Origin: Eledone cirrhosa
Lineage: Eukaryota
NCBI GenBank assembly: GCA_964016885.1
Contig: OZ024744.1
Location: 40,238,001-40,302,000, forward strand
Length of the DNA: 64,000 nucleotides
Reading direction: 5' to 3'
Part shown: positions 41,201 through 56,200 of the stretch, one piece after another
How positions within the stretch are numbered: position 1 is the stretch's first letter
Layout: the number at the start of each line of letters is the position of its first letter
Translations under genes and position numbers: made by a program
The notes under the pieces: model-generated
Databases searched by the model: none
What the model saw: the letters and a program-made list of their open reading frames with translations, nothing else
Told to the model about the DNA's origin: nothing

Positions 41201-44200
41201 TTCCATCAACCCAGCTTTATTTACAAAGCCTAGCTTGACTGAAGGTAATGGTAGTTTCCATCAACCCAGCTTTATTTACAATGTCTAGCTTGACTCAAGG
41301 TAATGGTAGTTTCCATCAACCCAGCTTTATTTACAAAGCCTAGCTTGTCTCAAGGTAATGGTAGTTTCCATCAACCCAGCTTTATTTACAAAGCCTAGCT
41401 TGACTCAAGGTAATGGTAGTTTCCATCAACCAAGTTTTATTTACAATGTCTAGCTTGACTCAAGGTAATGATAGTTTCCATCAACCCAGCTTTATTTACA
41501 AAGCCTAGCTTGACCCAAGGTAATGGTAGTTTCCATCAACCCAGCTTTATTTACAAAGCCTAGCTTAATTCAAGGTAATGGTAGTTTCCATCAACCCAGC
41601 TTTATTTACAAAGGCTAGCTTGACCCAAGGTAATGGTAGTTTCCATCAACCCAGCTTTATTTACAAAGCCTAACTTGACCCAAGGTAATGGTAGTTTCCA
41701 TCAACCCAGCTTTATTTACAAAGCCTAGCTTGACCCAAGGTAATGGTAGTTTCCATCAACCCAGCTTTATTTACAAAGCCTAGCTTGACCCAAGGTAATG
41801 GTAGTTTCCATCAACCCAGCTTTATTTACAAAGCCTAGCTTGACTCAAGGTAATGGTAGTTTCCATCAACCCAGCTTTATTTACAAAGCCTAGCTTGACT
41901 CAAGGTAATGGTAGTTTCCATCAACCCAGCTTTATTTACAAAGCCTTGCTTGACCCAAGGTAATGGTAGTTTCCATCAACCCAGCTTTATTTACAAAGCC
42001 TAACTTGACACAAGGTAATGGTAGTTTCCATCAACCCAGCTTTATTTACAAAGTCTATCTTGACTCAATGTAATGGTAGTTTCCATCAACCTAGCTTTAT
42101 TTACAAAGCCTAGCTTGACTCAAGGTAATGGTAGTTTCCATCAGCCCAGCTTATTTACAAAGTCTAGCTTGTCTCAAGGTAATGGTAGTTTCCATCAACC
42201 CAGCTTTATTTACAATGCCTAGCTTGACTCAAGATAATGGTAGTTTCCATCAACCCAGATTTATTTACAAAGCCTAGCTTGACTCAAGGTAATGGTAGTT
42301 TCCATCAACCCAGCTTTATTTACAAAGCCTAGCTTGACTCAAGGTAATGGTAGTTTCCATCAACCCAGCTTTATTTACAAAGCCTAGCTTGACTCAAGGT
42401 AATGGAAGTTTCCATCAACCCAGCTTTATTTACAAAGCCTAGCTTGACTCAAGGTAATGGTAGTTTCCATCAACCCAGCTTTATTTACAAAGCCTAGCTT
42501 GACTCAAGGTAATGGTAGTTTCCATCAACCCAGCTTTATTTACAAAGCCTAGCTTGACCAAAGGTAATGGTAGTTTCCATCAACCCAGCTTTATTGACAA
42601 AGCCTAGCTTGACTCATGTTAATGGTAGTTTCCATCAACCCAGCTTTATTTACAAAGCCTAGCTTGATCCAAGGTAATGGTAGTTTGCATCAACCCAGCT
42701 TTATTTACAAAGCCTAGCTTGACCCAAGGTAATGGTAGTTTCCATCAACCCAGCTTTATTTACAAAGCCTAGCTTGACTCAAGATAATGGTAGTTTCCAT
42801 CAACCGAGCTTTATTTACAAAGCCTAGCTTGACTCAAGGTAATGGTAGTTTCCATCAACCCATCTTTATTTACAAAGCCTAGCTTGACTCAAGGTAATGG
42901 TAGTTTCCATCAACCAAGTTTTATTTACAATGTCTAGCTTGACTCAAGGTAATGGTAGTTTCCATCAACCCAGCTTTATTTACAAAGCATAGCTTGACCC
43001 AAAGTAATGGTAGTTTCCGTCAACCCAGCTTTATTTACAAAGCCTAGCTTGACCCAAGGTAATGGTAGTTTCCATCAACCCAGCTTTATTTACAAAGCCT
43101 AGCTTAATTCAAGGTAATGGTAGTTTCCATCAACCCACCTTTATTTACAAAGTCTATCTTGACTCAAGGTAATGGTAGTTTCCATCAACCTAGCTTTATT
43201 TACAAATCCTAGCTTGACTCAAGGTAATGGTAGTTTCCATCAGCCCAGCTTTATTTACAAAGTCTAGCTTGTCTCAAAGTAATGGTAGTTTCCATCAACC
43301 CAGCTTTATTTACAAAGCCTAGCTTGACTCAAGGTAATGGTAGTTTCCATCAGCCCAGCTTTATTTACAAAGTCTATCTTGTCTCAAGGTAATGGTAGTT
43401 TCCATCAACCCAGCTTTATTTACAATGCCTAGCTTGACCCAAGGTAATAGTAGTTTCCATCAATCGAGCTTTATTTACAAAGCCTAGCTTGACCCAAGGT
43501 AATGGTAGTTTCCATCAACTGAGCTTTATTTAAAAAGCCTAGCGTGACTCAAGGTAATGATAGTTTCCATCAACCCAGCTTTATTTACAAAGCCTAGCTT
43601 GACCCAAGATAATGGTAGTTTCCATCAACCCAGCTTTATTTGCAAAGCCCTGCTTGACGCAGGGAAATGGTAGTTTCCATCAACCCAGCTTTATTTACAA
43701 AGCCTAGCTTGACTCAAGGTAATGGTAGTTTCCATCAACCCAGCTTTATTTACAAAGTCTAGCTTGTCTCAAGGTAATGGTAGTTTCCATCAACCCAGCT
43801 TTATTTACAAAGCCTAGCTTGACTCAAGGTAATGGTAGTTTCCATCAGCCCAGCTTTATTTACAAAGTCTAGCTTGTCTCAAGGTAATGGTAGTTTCCAT
43901 CAACCCAGCTTTATTTACAATGCCTATCTTGACCCAAGGTAATAGTAATTTCCATCAACCAAGTTTTATTTACAAAGCCTAGCTTGACTCAAGGTAAGGG
44001 TAGTTTCCATCAACCCAGCTTTATTTACAAAGCCTAGCTTGACTCAAGGTAATGGTAGTTTCCATCAACCCAGCTTTATTTACAATGCCTAGCTTGAATC
44101 AACGAAATGGTAGTTTCCATCAACCCAGCTTTATTTACAAAGTCTAGCTTGACTCAAGAAAATGGTAGTTTCCATCAACCCAGCTTTATTTACAAAGCCT

Positions 44201-45165
44201 AGCTTCACTGAATGTAATCGTAGTTTCCATCAACCCAGCATTATTTACAAAGCCTAGCTTGACTCAAGGTAATGGTAGTTTCCATCAACCCAGCTTTATT
44301 TACACAGCCTAGCTTGACTCAAGGTAATGGAAGTTTCCATCAACCCAGCATTATTTACAAAGCCTAGCTTGACTCAAGGTAATGGTAGTTTCCATCAACC
44401 CAGCTTTATTTACAAAGCCTAGCTTGACTCAAGGTAATGGTAGTTTCCATCAACCCAGCTTTATTTACAAAGCCTAGATTGACCAAAGGTAATGGTAGTT
44501 TCCATCAACCCAGCTTTATTTACAAAGCCTAGCTTGACTCAAGGTAATGGTAGTTTCCATCAACCCAGCTTTATTTACAAAGCCTAGCTTGACTCAAGTT
44601 AATGGTAGTCTCTATCAACCCAGCTTTATTTACAAAGCCTAGCTTGACCCAAGGTAATGGTAGTTTGCATCAACCCAGGTTTATTTACAAAGCCTAGCTT
44701 GACCCAAAGTAATGGTAGTTTCCATCAACCCAGCTTTATTTACAAAGCCTAGCTTGACTCAAGGTAATGGTAGTTTCCATCAACCCAGCTTTATTTACAA
44801 AGCCTAGCTTGTCTCAAGGTAATGGTAGTTTCCATCAACCCAGCTTTATTTACAAAGCCTAGCTTGACTCAAGGTAATGGTAGTTTCCATCAACCAAGTT
44901 TTATTTACAATGTCTAGCTTGACTCAAGGTAATGGTAGTTTCCATCAACCCAGCTTTATTTAAAAAGCCTAGCTTGACCCAAAGTAATGGTAGTTTCCAT
45001 CAACCCAGCTTTATTTGCAAAGCCTAGCTTGACCCAAGGTAATGGTAGTTTCTATCAACCCAGCTTTATTTACAAAGCCTAGCTTAATTCAAGGTAATGG
45101 TAGTTTCCATCAACCCAGCTTTATTTACAAAGCGCAGCTTGACTCAAGATAATGGTAGATTCCAT
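35270..45165 (+). repeat. Tandem duplication of a 90-monomer block (~4950 bp)
   Basis: ccagcttcat at 35271/40221, a shared 1-bp deletion at 37201/42151, and gaatcaacgaaa at 39147/44096. Confidence 0.9.
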
Positions 45166-48100
45166 CAACCCAGCTTTATTTATAAAAGCCTAGCTTGACT
45201 CAAGGTAATGGTAGTTTCCATCAACCCAGCTTTATTTACAAAGCCTAGCTTGACTCAAGGTAATGGTAGTTTCCATCAACCCAGCTTTATTTACAAAGCC
45301 TAGCTTGACTCAAGGTAATGGTAGTTTCCATCAACCCAGCTTTATTTACAAAGCCTAGCTTGACCCAAGGTAATGGTAGTTTCCATCAACCCAGCTTTAT
45401 TTACAAAGCCTAGCTTGACCCAAGGTAATGGTAGTTTCCATCAACCCAGCTTTATTTACAAAGCCTAGCTTGACCCAAGGTAATGGTAGTTTCCATCAAC
45501 CCAGCTTTATTTACAAAGCTTAGCTTGACTCAAGGTAATGGTAGTTTCCATCAGCCTAGCTTTATTTACAAAGTCTAGCTTGTCTCAAGGTAATGGTAGT
45601 TTCCATCAACCCAGCTTCATTTACAAAGCCTAGCTTGACTCAAGGTAATGGTAGTTTACATCAACCCAGCTTTATTTACAAAGCCTAGCTTGACCCAAGG
45701 TAATGGTAGTTTCCATCAATCCAGCTTTATTTACAAAGCCTAGCTTGACCCAAGGTAATGGTAGTTTCCATCAACTGAGCTTTATTTAAAAAGACTAGCG
45801 TGACTCAAGGTAATGATAGTTTCCATCAACAGAGCTTTATTTACAAAGCCTAGCGTGACCCAAGATAATGGTAGTTTCCATCAACCCAGCTTTATTTGCA
45901 AAGCCCTGCTTGACTCAAGGTAATGGTAGTTTCCATCAACCCAGCTTTATTTACAAATCCTAGCTTGACTCAAGGTAATGGTAGTTTCCATCAACCCAGC
46001 TTTATTTACAAAGCCTAGCTTGTCTCAAGGTAATGGTAGTTTCCATCAACCCAGCTTTATTTACAAAGCCTAGGTTGACTCAAGGTAATGGTAGTTTCCA
46101 TCAACCCAGCTTTATTTACAATGCCTAGCTTGACCCAAGGTAATAGTATTTTCCATCAAACAAGTTTTATTTACAAAGCCTAGCTTGACTCAAGGTAAGG
46201 GTAGGTTCCATCAACCCAGCTTTATTTACAAAGCCTAGCTTGACTCAAAGTAATGGTAGTTTCCATCAACCCAGCTTTATTTACAATGCCTAGCTTGAAT
46301 CAAGGTAATGGTAGTTTCCATCAACCCAGCTTTATTTACAAAGCCTAGCTTCACCGAAGGTAATGGTAGTTTCCATCAACCCAGCATTATTTACAAAGCC
46401 TAGCTTGACTCAAGCTAATCGTAGTTTCCATCAACCCACCTTTATTTACAAAGCCTAGCTTGACTCAAGGTAATGGTAGTTTCCATCAACCCAGCTTTAT
46501 TTACAAAGCCTAGCTTGACCCAAGGTAATGGTAGTTTCCATCGACCCAGCTTTATTTACAAAGCCTAGCTTGACCCCAGGTAATGGTAGTTTCCATCAAC
46601 CCAGCTTTATTTACAAAGCCTAGCTTAATTCAAGGTAATGGTAGTTTCCATCAACCCAGCTTTATTTACAAAGCGCAGCTTGACTCAAGATAATGGTAGA
46701 TTCCATCAACCCAGCTTTATTTATAAAAGCCTAGCTTAATTCAAGGTAATGGTAGTTTCCATCAACCCAGCTTTATTTACAAAGCGCAGCTTGACTCAAG
46801 ATAATGGTAGATTCCATTAACCCAGCTTTATTTATAAAAGCCTAGCTTGACTCAAGGTAATGGTAGTTTCCATCAACCCAGCTTTATTTACAAAGCCTAG
46901 CTTGACTCAAGGTAATGGTAGTTTCCATCAACCCAGCTTTATTTACAAAGCCTAGCTTGACTCAAGGTAATGGTAGTTTCCATCAACCCAGCTTTATTTA
47001 CAAAGCCTAGCTTGACCCAAGGTAATGGTAGTTTCCATCAACCCAGCTTTATTTACAAAGCTTAGCTTGACTCAAGGTAATGGTAGTTTCCATCAGCCTA
47101 GCTTTATTTACAAAGTCTAGCTTGTCTCAAGGTAATGGTAGTTTCCATCAACCCAGCTTCATTTACAAAGCCTAGCTTGACTCAAGGTAATGGTAGTTTC
47201 CATCAACCCAGCTTTATTTACAAAGCCTAGCTTGACCCAAGGTAATGGTAGTTTCCATCAATCCAGCTTTATTTACAAAGCCTAGCTTGACCCAAGGTAA
47301 TGGTAGTTTCCATCAACTGAGCTTTATTTAAAAAGCCTAGCGTGACTCAAGGTAATGATAGTTTCCATCAACAGAGCTTTATTTACAAAGCCTAGCGTGA
47401 CCCAAGATAATGGTAGTTTCCATCAACCCAGCTTTATTTGCAAAGCCCTGCTTGACTCAAGGTAATGGTAGTTTCCATCAACCCAGCTTTATTTACAAAT
47501 CCTAGCTTGACTCAAGGTAATGGTAGTTTCCATCAACCCAGCTTTATTTACAAAGCCTAGCTTGTCTCAAGGTAATGGTAGTTTCCATCAACCCAGCTTT
47601 ATTTACAAAGTCTAGCTTGTCTCAAGGTAATGGTAGTTTCCATCAACCCAGCTTTATTTACAAAGCCTAGCTTGACTCAAGGTAATGGTAGTTTCCATCA
47701 GCCCAGCTTTATTTACAAAGTCTAGCTTGTCTCAAGGTAATGGTAGTTTCCATCAACCCAGCTTTATTTACAATGCCTATCTTGACCCAAGGTAATAGTA
47801 ATTTCCATCAACCAAGTTTTATTTACAAAGCCTAGCTTGACTCAAGGTAAGGGTAGTTTCCATCAACCCAGCTTTATTTACAAAGCCTAGCTTGACTCAA
47901 GGTAATGGTAGTTTCCATCAACCCAGCTTTATTTACAATGCCTAGCTTGAATCAACGAAATGGTAGTTTCCATCAACCCAGCTTTATTTACAAAGTCTAG
48001 CTTGACTCAAGAAAATGGTAGTTTCCATCAACCCAGCTTTATTTACAAAGCCTAGCTTCACTGAATGTAATCGTAGTTTCCATCAACCCAGCATTATTTA

Positions 48101-51100
48101 CAAAGCCTAGCTTGACTCAAGGTAATGGTAGTTTCCATCAACCCAGCTTTATTTACACAGCCTAGCTTGACTCAAGGTAATGGAAGTTTCCATCAACCCA
48201 GCATTATTTACAAAGCCTAGCTTGACTCAAGGTAATGGTAGTTTCCATCAACCCAGCTTTATTTACAAAGCCTAGCTTGACTCAAGGTAATGGTAGTTTC
48301 CATCAACCCAGCTTTATTTACAAAGCCTAGATTGACCAAAGGTAATGGTAGTTTCCATCAACCCAGCTTTATTTACAAAGCCTAGCTTGACTCAAGGTAA
48401 TGGTAGTTTCCATCAACCCAGCTTTATTTACAAAGCCTAGCTTGACTCAAGTTAATGGTAGTCTCTATCAACCCAGCTTTATTTACAAAGCCTAGCTTGA
48501 CCCAAGGTAATGGTAGTTTGCATCAACCCAGGTTTATTTACAAAGCCTAGCTTGACCCAAAGTAATGGTAGTTTCCATCAACCCAGCTTTATTTACAAAG
48601 CCTAGCTTGACTCAAGGTAATGGTAGTTTCCATCAACCCAGCTTTATTTACAAAGCCTAGCTTGTCTCAAGGTAATGGTAGTTTCCATCAACCCAGCTTT
48701 ATTTACAAAGCCTAGCTTGACTCAAGGTAATGGTAGTTTCCATCAACCAAGTTTTATTTACAATGTCTAGCTTGACTCAAGGTAATGGTAGTTTCCATCA
48801 ACCCAGCTTTATTTAAAAAGCCTAGCTTGACCCAAAGTAATGGTAGTTTCCATCAACCCAGCTTTATTTGCAAAGCCTAGCTTGACCCAAGGTAATGGTA
48901 GTTTCTATCAACCCAGCTTTATTTACAAAGCCTAGCTTAATTCAAGGTAATGGTAGTTTCCATCAACCCAGCTTTATTTACAAAGCGCAGCTTGACTCAA
49001 GATAATGGTAGATTCCATCAACCCAGCTTTATTTATAAAAGCCTAGCTTGACTCAAGGTAATGGTAGTTTCCATCAACCCAGCTTTATTTACAAAGCCTA
49101 GCTTGACTCAAGGTAATGGTAGTTTCCATCAACCCAGCTTTATTTACAAAGCCTAGCTTGACTCAAGGTAATGGTAGTTTCCATCAACCCAGCTTTATTT
49201 ACAAAGCCTAGCTTGACCCAAGGTAATGGTAGTTTCCATCAACCCAGCTTTATTTACAAAGCCTAGCTTGACCCAAGGTAATGGTAGTTTCCATCAACCC
49301 AGCTTTATTTACAAAGCCTAGCTTGACCCAAGGTAATGGTAGTTTCCATCAACCCAGCTTTATTTACAAAGCTTAGCTTGACTCAAGGTAATGGTAGTTT
49401 CCATCAGCCTAGCTTTATTTACAAAGTCTAGCTTGTCTCAAGGTAATGGTAGTTTCCATCAACCCAGCTTCATTTACAAAGCCTAGCTTGACTCAAGGTA
49501 ATGGTAGTTTACATCAACCCAGCTTTATTTACAAAGCCTAGCTTGACCCAAGGTAATGGTAGTTTCCATCAATCCAGCTTTATTTACAAAGCCTAGCTTG
49601 ACCCAAGGTAATGGTAGTTTCCATCAACTGAGCTTTATTTAAAAAGACTAGCGTGACTCAAGGTAATGATAGTTTCCATCAACAGAGCTTTATTTACAAA
49701 GCCTAGCGTGACCCAAGATAATGGTAGTTTCCATCAACCCAGCTTTATTTGCAAAGCCCTGCTTGACTCAAGGTAATGGTAGTTTCCATCAACCCAGCTT
49801 TATTTACAAATCCTAGCTTGACTCAAGGTAATGGTAGTTTCCATCAACCCAGCTTTATTTACAAAGCCTAGCTTGTCTCAAGGTAATGGTAGTTTCCATC
49901 AACCCAGCTTTATTTACAAAGCCTAGGTTGACTCAAGGTAATGGTAGTTTCCATCAACCCAGCTTTATTTACAATGCCTAGCTTGACCCAAGGTAATAGT
50001 ATTTTCCATCAAACAAGTTTTATTTACAAAGCCTAGCTTGACTCAAGGTAAGGGTAGGTTCCATCAACCCAGCTTTATTTACAAAGCCTAGCTTGACTCA
50101 AAGTAATGGTAGTTTCCATCAACCCAGCTTTATTTACAATGCCTAGCTTGAATCAAGGTAATGGTAGTTTCCATCAACCCAGCTTTATTTACAAAGCCTA
50201 GCTTCACCGAAGGTAATGGTAGTTTCCATCAACCCAGCATTATTTACAAAGCCTAGCTTGACTCAAGCTAATCGTAGTTTCCATCAACCCACCTTTATTT
50301 ACAAAGCCTAGCTTGACTCAAGGTAATGGTAGTTTCCATCAACCCAGCTTTATTTACAAAGCCTAGCTTGACCCAAGGTAATGGTAGTTTCCATCGACCC
50401 AGCTTTATTTACAAAGCCTAGCTTGACCCCAGGTAATGGTAGTTTCCATCAACCCAGCTTTATTTACAAAGCCTAGCTTAATTCAAGGTAATGGTAGTTT
50501 CCATCAACCCAGCTTTATTTACAAAGCGCAGCTTGACTCAAGATAATGGTAGATTCCATCAACCCAGCTTTATTTATAAAAGCCTAGCTTAATTCAAGGT
50601 AATGGTAGTTTCCATCAACCCAGCTTTATTTACAAAGCGCAGCTTGACTCAAGATAATGGTAGATTCCATTAACCCAGCTTTATTTATAAAAGCCTAGCT
50701 TGACTCAAGGTAATGGTAGTTTCCATCAACCCAGCTTTATTTACAAAGCCTAGCTTGACTCAAGGTAATGGTAGTTTCCATCAACCCAGCTTTATTTACA
50801 AAGCCTAGCTTGACTCAAGGTAATGGTAGTTTCCATCAACCCAGCTTTATTTACAAAGCCTAGCTTGACCCAAGGTAATGGTAGTTTCCATCAACCCAGC
50901 TTTATTTACAAAGCTTAGCTTGACTCAAGGTAATGGTAGTTTCCATCAGCCTAGCTTTATTTACAAAGTCTAGCTTGTCTCAAGGTAATGGTAGTTTCCA
51001 TCAACCCAGCTTCATTTACAAAGCCTAGCTTGACTCAAGGTAATGGTAGTTTCCATCAACCCAGCTTTATTTACAAAGCCTAGCTTGACCCAAGGTAATG

Positions 51101-51440
51101 GTAGTTTCCATCAATCCAGCTTTATTTACAAAGCCTAGCTTGACCCAAGGTAATGGTAGTTTCCATCAACTGAGCTTTATTTAAAAAGCCTAGCGTGACT
51201 CAAGGTAATGATAGTTTCCATCAACAGAGCTTTATTTACAAAGCCTAGCGTGACCCAAGATAATGGTAGTTTCCATCAACCCAGCTTTATTTGCAAAGCC
51301 CTGCTTGACTCAAGGTAATGGTAGTTTCCATCAACCCAGCTTTATTTACAAATCCTAGCTTGACTCAAGGTAATGGTAGTTTCCATCAACCCAGCTTTAT
51401 TTACAAAGCCTAGCTTGTCTCAAGGTAATGGTAGTTTCCA
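43740..51440 (+). repeat. Tandem duplication of a 70-monomer block (3853 bp)
   Basis: tgcctatct at 43921/47774, gaatcaacgaaa at 44096/47949, and attccatta at 46811/50664. Confidence 0.9.
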
Positions 51441-53249
51441 TCAACCCAGCTTTATTTACAAAGCCTAGGTTGACTCAAGGTAATGGTAGTTTCCATCAAC
51501 CCAGCTTTATTTACAATGCCTAGCTTGACCCAAGGTAATAGTAATTTCCATCAACCAAGTTTTATTTACAAAGCCTAGCTTGACTCAAGGTAAGGATAGG
51601 TTCCATCAACCCAGCTTTATTTACAAAGCCTAGCTTGACTCAAGGTAAGGATAGGTTCCATCAACCCAGCTTTATTTACAAAGCCTAGCTTGACTCAAAG
51701 TAATGGTAGTTTCCATCAACCCAGCTTTATTTACAATGCCTAGCTTGAATCAAGGTAATGGTAGTTTCCATCAACCCAGCTTTATTTACAAAGCCTAGCT
51801 TCACCGAAGGTAATGGTAGTTTCCATCAACCCAGCATTATTTACAAAGCCTAGCTTGACTCAAGGTAATGGTAGTTTCCATCAACCCACCTTTATTTACA
51901 AAGCCTAGCTTGACTCAAGGTAATGGTAGTTTCCATCAACCCAGCTTTATTTACAAAGCCTAGCTTGACCCAAGGTAATGGTAGTTTCCATCGACCCAGC
52001 TTTATTTACAAAGCCTAGCTTGACCCCAGGTAATGGTAGTTTCCATCAACCCAGCTTTATTTACAAAGCCTAGCTTGACTGAAGGTAATGGTAGTTTCCA
52101 TCAACCCAGCTTTATTTACAATGTCTAGCTTGACTCAAGGTAATGGTAGTTTCCATCAACCCAGCTTTATTTACAAAGCCTAGCTTGACTCAAGGTAATG
52201 GTAGTTTCCATCAACCCAGCTTTATTTACAAAGCCTAGCTTGACTCAAGGTAATGGTAGTTTCCATCAACCAAGTTTTATTTACAATGTCTAGCTTGACT
52301 CAAGGTAATGATAGTTTCCATCAACCCAGCTTTATTTACAAAGCCTAGCTTGACCCAAGGTAATGGTAGTTTCCATCAACCCAGCTTTATTTACAAAGCC
52401 TAGCTTGACCCAAGGTAATGGTAGTTTCCATCAACCCAGCTTTATTTACAAAGCCTAACTTGACCCAAGGTAATGGTAGTTTCCATCAACCCAGCTTTAT
52501 TTACAAAGCCTAGCTTGACCCAAGGTAATGGTAGTTTCCATCAACCCAGCTTTATTTACAAAGCCTAGCTTGACCAAAGGTAATGGTAGTTTCCATCAAC
52601 CCAGCTTTATTTACAAAGCCTAGCTTGACTCAAGGTAATGGTAGTTTCCATCAACCCAGCTTTATTTACAAAGCCTAGCTTGACTCAAGGTAATGGTAGT
52701 TTCCATCAAACCAGCTTTATTTACAAAGCCTTGCTTGACCCAAGGTAATGGTAGTTTCCATCAACCCAGCTTTATTTACAAAGCCTAACTTGACACAAGG
52801 TAATGGTAGTTTCCATCAACCCAGCTTTATTTACAAAGTCTATCTTGACTCAATGTAATGGTAGTTTCCATCAACCTAGCTTTATTTACAAAGCCTAGCT
52901 TGACTCAAGGTAATGGTAGTTTCCATCAGCCCAGCTTTATTTACAAAGTCTAGCTTGTCTCAAGGTAATGGTAGTTTCCATCAACCCAGCTTTATTTACA
53001 AGGCCTAGCTTGACTCAAGATAATGGTAGTTTCCATCAACCCAGATTTATTTACAAAGCCTAGCTTGACTCAAGGTAATGGTAGTTTCCATCAACCCAGC
53101 TTTATTTACAAAGCCTAGCTTGACTCAAGGTAATGGTAGTTTCCATCAACCCAGCTTTATTTACAAAGCCTAGCTTGACTCAAGGTAATGGAAGTTTCCA
53201 TCAACCCAGCTTTATTTACAAAGCCTAGCTTGACTCAAGGTAATGGTAG

Positions 53250-56200
53250 TTTCCATCAACCCAGCTTTATTTACAAAGCCTAGCTTGACTCAAGGTAATG
53301 GTAGTTTCCATCAACCCAGCTTTATTTACAAAGCCTAGCTTGACCAAAGGTAATGGTAGTTTCCATCAACCCAGCTTTATTGACAAAGCCTAGCTTGACT
53401 CATGTTAATGGTAGTTTCCATCAACCCAGCTTTATTTACAAAGCCTAGCTTGATCCAAGGTAATGGTAGTTTGCATCAACCCAGCTTTATTTACAAAGCC
53501 TAGCTTGACCCAAGGTAATGGTAGTTTCCATCAACCCAGCTTTATTTACAAAGCCTAGCTTGACTCAAGATAATGGTAGTTTCCATCAACCGAGCTTTAT
53601 TTACAAAGCCTAGCTTGACTCAAGGTAATGGTAGTTTCCATCAACCCATCTTTATTTACAAAGCCTAGCTTGACTCAAGGTAATGGTAGTTTCCATCAAC
53701 CAAGTTTTATTTACAATGTCTAGCTTGACTCAAGGTAATGGTAGTTTCCATCAACCCAGCTTTATTTACAAAGCCTAGCTTGACCCAAAGTAATGGTAGT
53801 TTCCGTCAACCCAGCTTTATTTACAAAGCCTAGCTTGACCCAAGGTAATGGTAGTTTCCATCAACCCAGCTTTATTTACAAAGCCTAGCTTAATTCAAGG
53901 TAATGGTAGTTTCCATCAACCCAGCTTTATTTACAAAGTCTATCTTGACTCAAGGTAATGGTAGTTTCCATCAACCTAGCTTTATTTACAAATCCTAGCT
54001 TGACTCAAGGTAATGGTAGTTTCCATCAGCCCAGCTTTATTTACAAAGTCTAGCTTGTCTCAAAGTAATGGTAGTTTCCATCAACCCAGCTTTATTTACA
54101 AAGCCTAGCTTGACTCAAGGTAATGGTAGTTTCCATCAGCCCAGCTTTATTTACAAAGTCTATCTTGTCTCAAGGTAATGGTAGTTTCCATCAACCCAGC
54201 TTTATTTACAATGCCTAGCTTGACCCAAGGTAATAGTAGTTTCCATCAATCCAGCTTTATTTACAAAGCCTAGCTTGACCCAAGGTAATGGTAGTTTCCA
54301 TCAACTGAGCTTTATTTAAAAAGCCTAGCGTGACTCAAGGTAATGATAGTTTCCATCAACCCAGCTTTATTTACAAAGCCTAGCTTGACCCAAGATAATG
54401 GCAGTTTCCATCAACCCAGCTTTATTTGCAAAGCCCTGCTTGACGCAGGGAAATGGTAGTTTCCATCAACCCAGCTTTATTTACAAAGCCTAGCTTGACT
54501 CAAGGTAATGGTAGTTTCCATCAACCCAGCTTTATTTACAAAGTCTAGCTTGTCTCAAGGTAATGGTAGTTTCCATCAACCCAGCTTTATTTACAAAGCC
54601 TAGCTTGACTCAAGGTAATGGTAGTTTCCATCAGCCCAGCTTTATTTACAAAGTCTAGCTTGTCTCAAGGTAATGGTAGTTTCCATCAACCCAGCTTTAT
54701 TTACAATGCCTAGCTTGACCCAAGGTAATAGTAATTTCCATCAACCAAGTTTTATTTACAAAGCCTAGCTTGACTCAAGGTAAGGGTAGTTTCCATCAAC
54801 CCAGCTTTATTTACAAAGCCTAGCTTGACTCAAGGTAATGGTAGTTTCCATCAACCCAGCTTTATTTACAATGCCTAGCTTGAATCAACGAAATGGTAGT
54901 TTCCATCAACCCAGCTTTATTTACAAAGTCTAGCTTGACTCAAGAAAATGGTAGTTTCCATCAACCCAGCTTTATTTACAAAGCCTAGCTTCACTGAATG
55001 TAATCGTAGTTTCCATCAACCCAGCATTATTTACAAAGCCTAGCTTGACTCAAGGTAAAGGTAGTTTCCATCAACCCAGCTTTATTTACACAGCCTAGCT
55101 TGACTCAAGGTAATGGAAGTTTCCATCAACCCAGTATTATTTACAAAGCCTAGCTTGACTCAAGGTAATGGTAGTTTCCATCAACCCAGCTTTATTTACA
55201 AAGCCTAGCTTGACCCAAGGTAATGGTAGTTTCCATCAACCCAGCTTTATTTACAAAGCCTAGCTTGACCCAAGGTAATGGTAGTTTCCATCAACCCAGC
55301 TTTATTTACAAAGCCTAGCTTGACCCAAGGTAATGGTAGTTTCCATCAACCCAGCTTTATTTACAAAGCTTAGCTTGACTCAAGGTAATGGTAGTTTCCA
55401 TCAGCCTAGCTTTATTTACAAAGTCTAGCTTGTCTCAAGGTAATGGTAGTTTCCATCAACCCAGCTTCATTTACAAAGCCTAGCTTGACTCAAGGTAATG
55501 GTAGTTTACATCAGCCTAGCTTTATTTACAAAGTCTAGCTTGTCTCAAGGTAATGGTAGTTTCCATCAACCCAGCTTTATTTACAAAGCCTAGCTTGACC
55601 CAAGGTAATGGTAGTTTCCATCAATCCAGCTTTATTTACAAAGCCTAGCTTGACCCAAGGTAATGGTAGTTTCCATCAACTGAGCTTTATTTAAAAAGAC
55701 TAGCGTGACTCAAGGTAATGATAGTTTCCATCAACAGAGCTTTATTTACAAAGCCTAGCGTGACCCAAGATAATGGTAGTTTCCATCAACCCAGCTTTAT
55801 TTGCAAAGCCCTGCTTGACTCAAGGTAATGGTAGTTTCCATCAACCCAGCTTTATTTACAAATCCTAGCTTGACTCAAGGTAATGGTAGTTTCCATCAAC
55901 CCAGCTTTATTTACAAAGCCTAGCTTGTCTCAAGGTAATGGTAGTTTCCATCAACCCAGCTTTATTTACAAAGCCTAGGTTGACTCAAGGTAATGGTAGT
56001 TTCCATCAACCCAGCTTTATTTACAATGCCTAGCTTGACCCAAGGTAATAGTATATTCCATCAACCAAGTTTTATTTACAAAGCCTAGCTTGACTCAAGG
56101 TAAGGGTAGGTTCCATCAACCCAGCTTTATTTACAAAGCCTAGCTTGACTCAAAGTAATGGTAGTTTCCATCAACCCAGCTTTATTTACAATGCCTAGCT

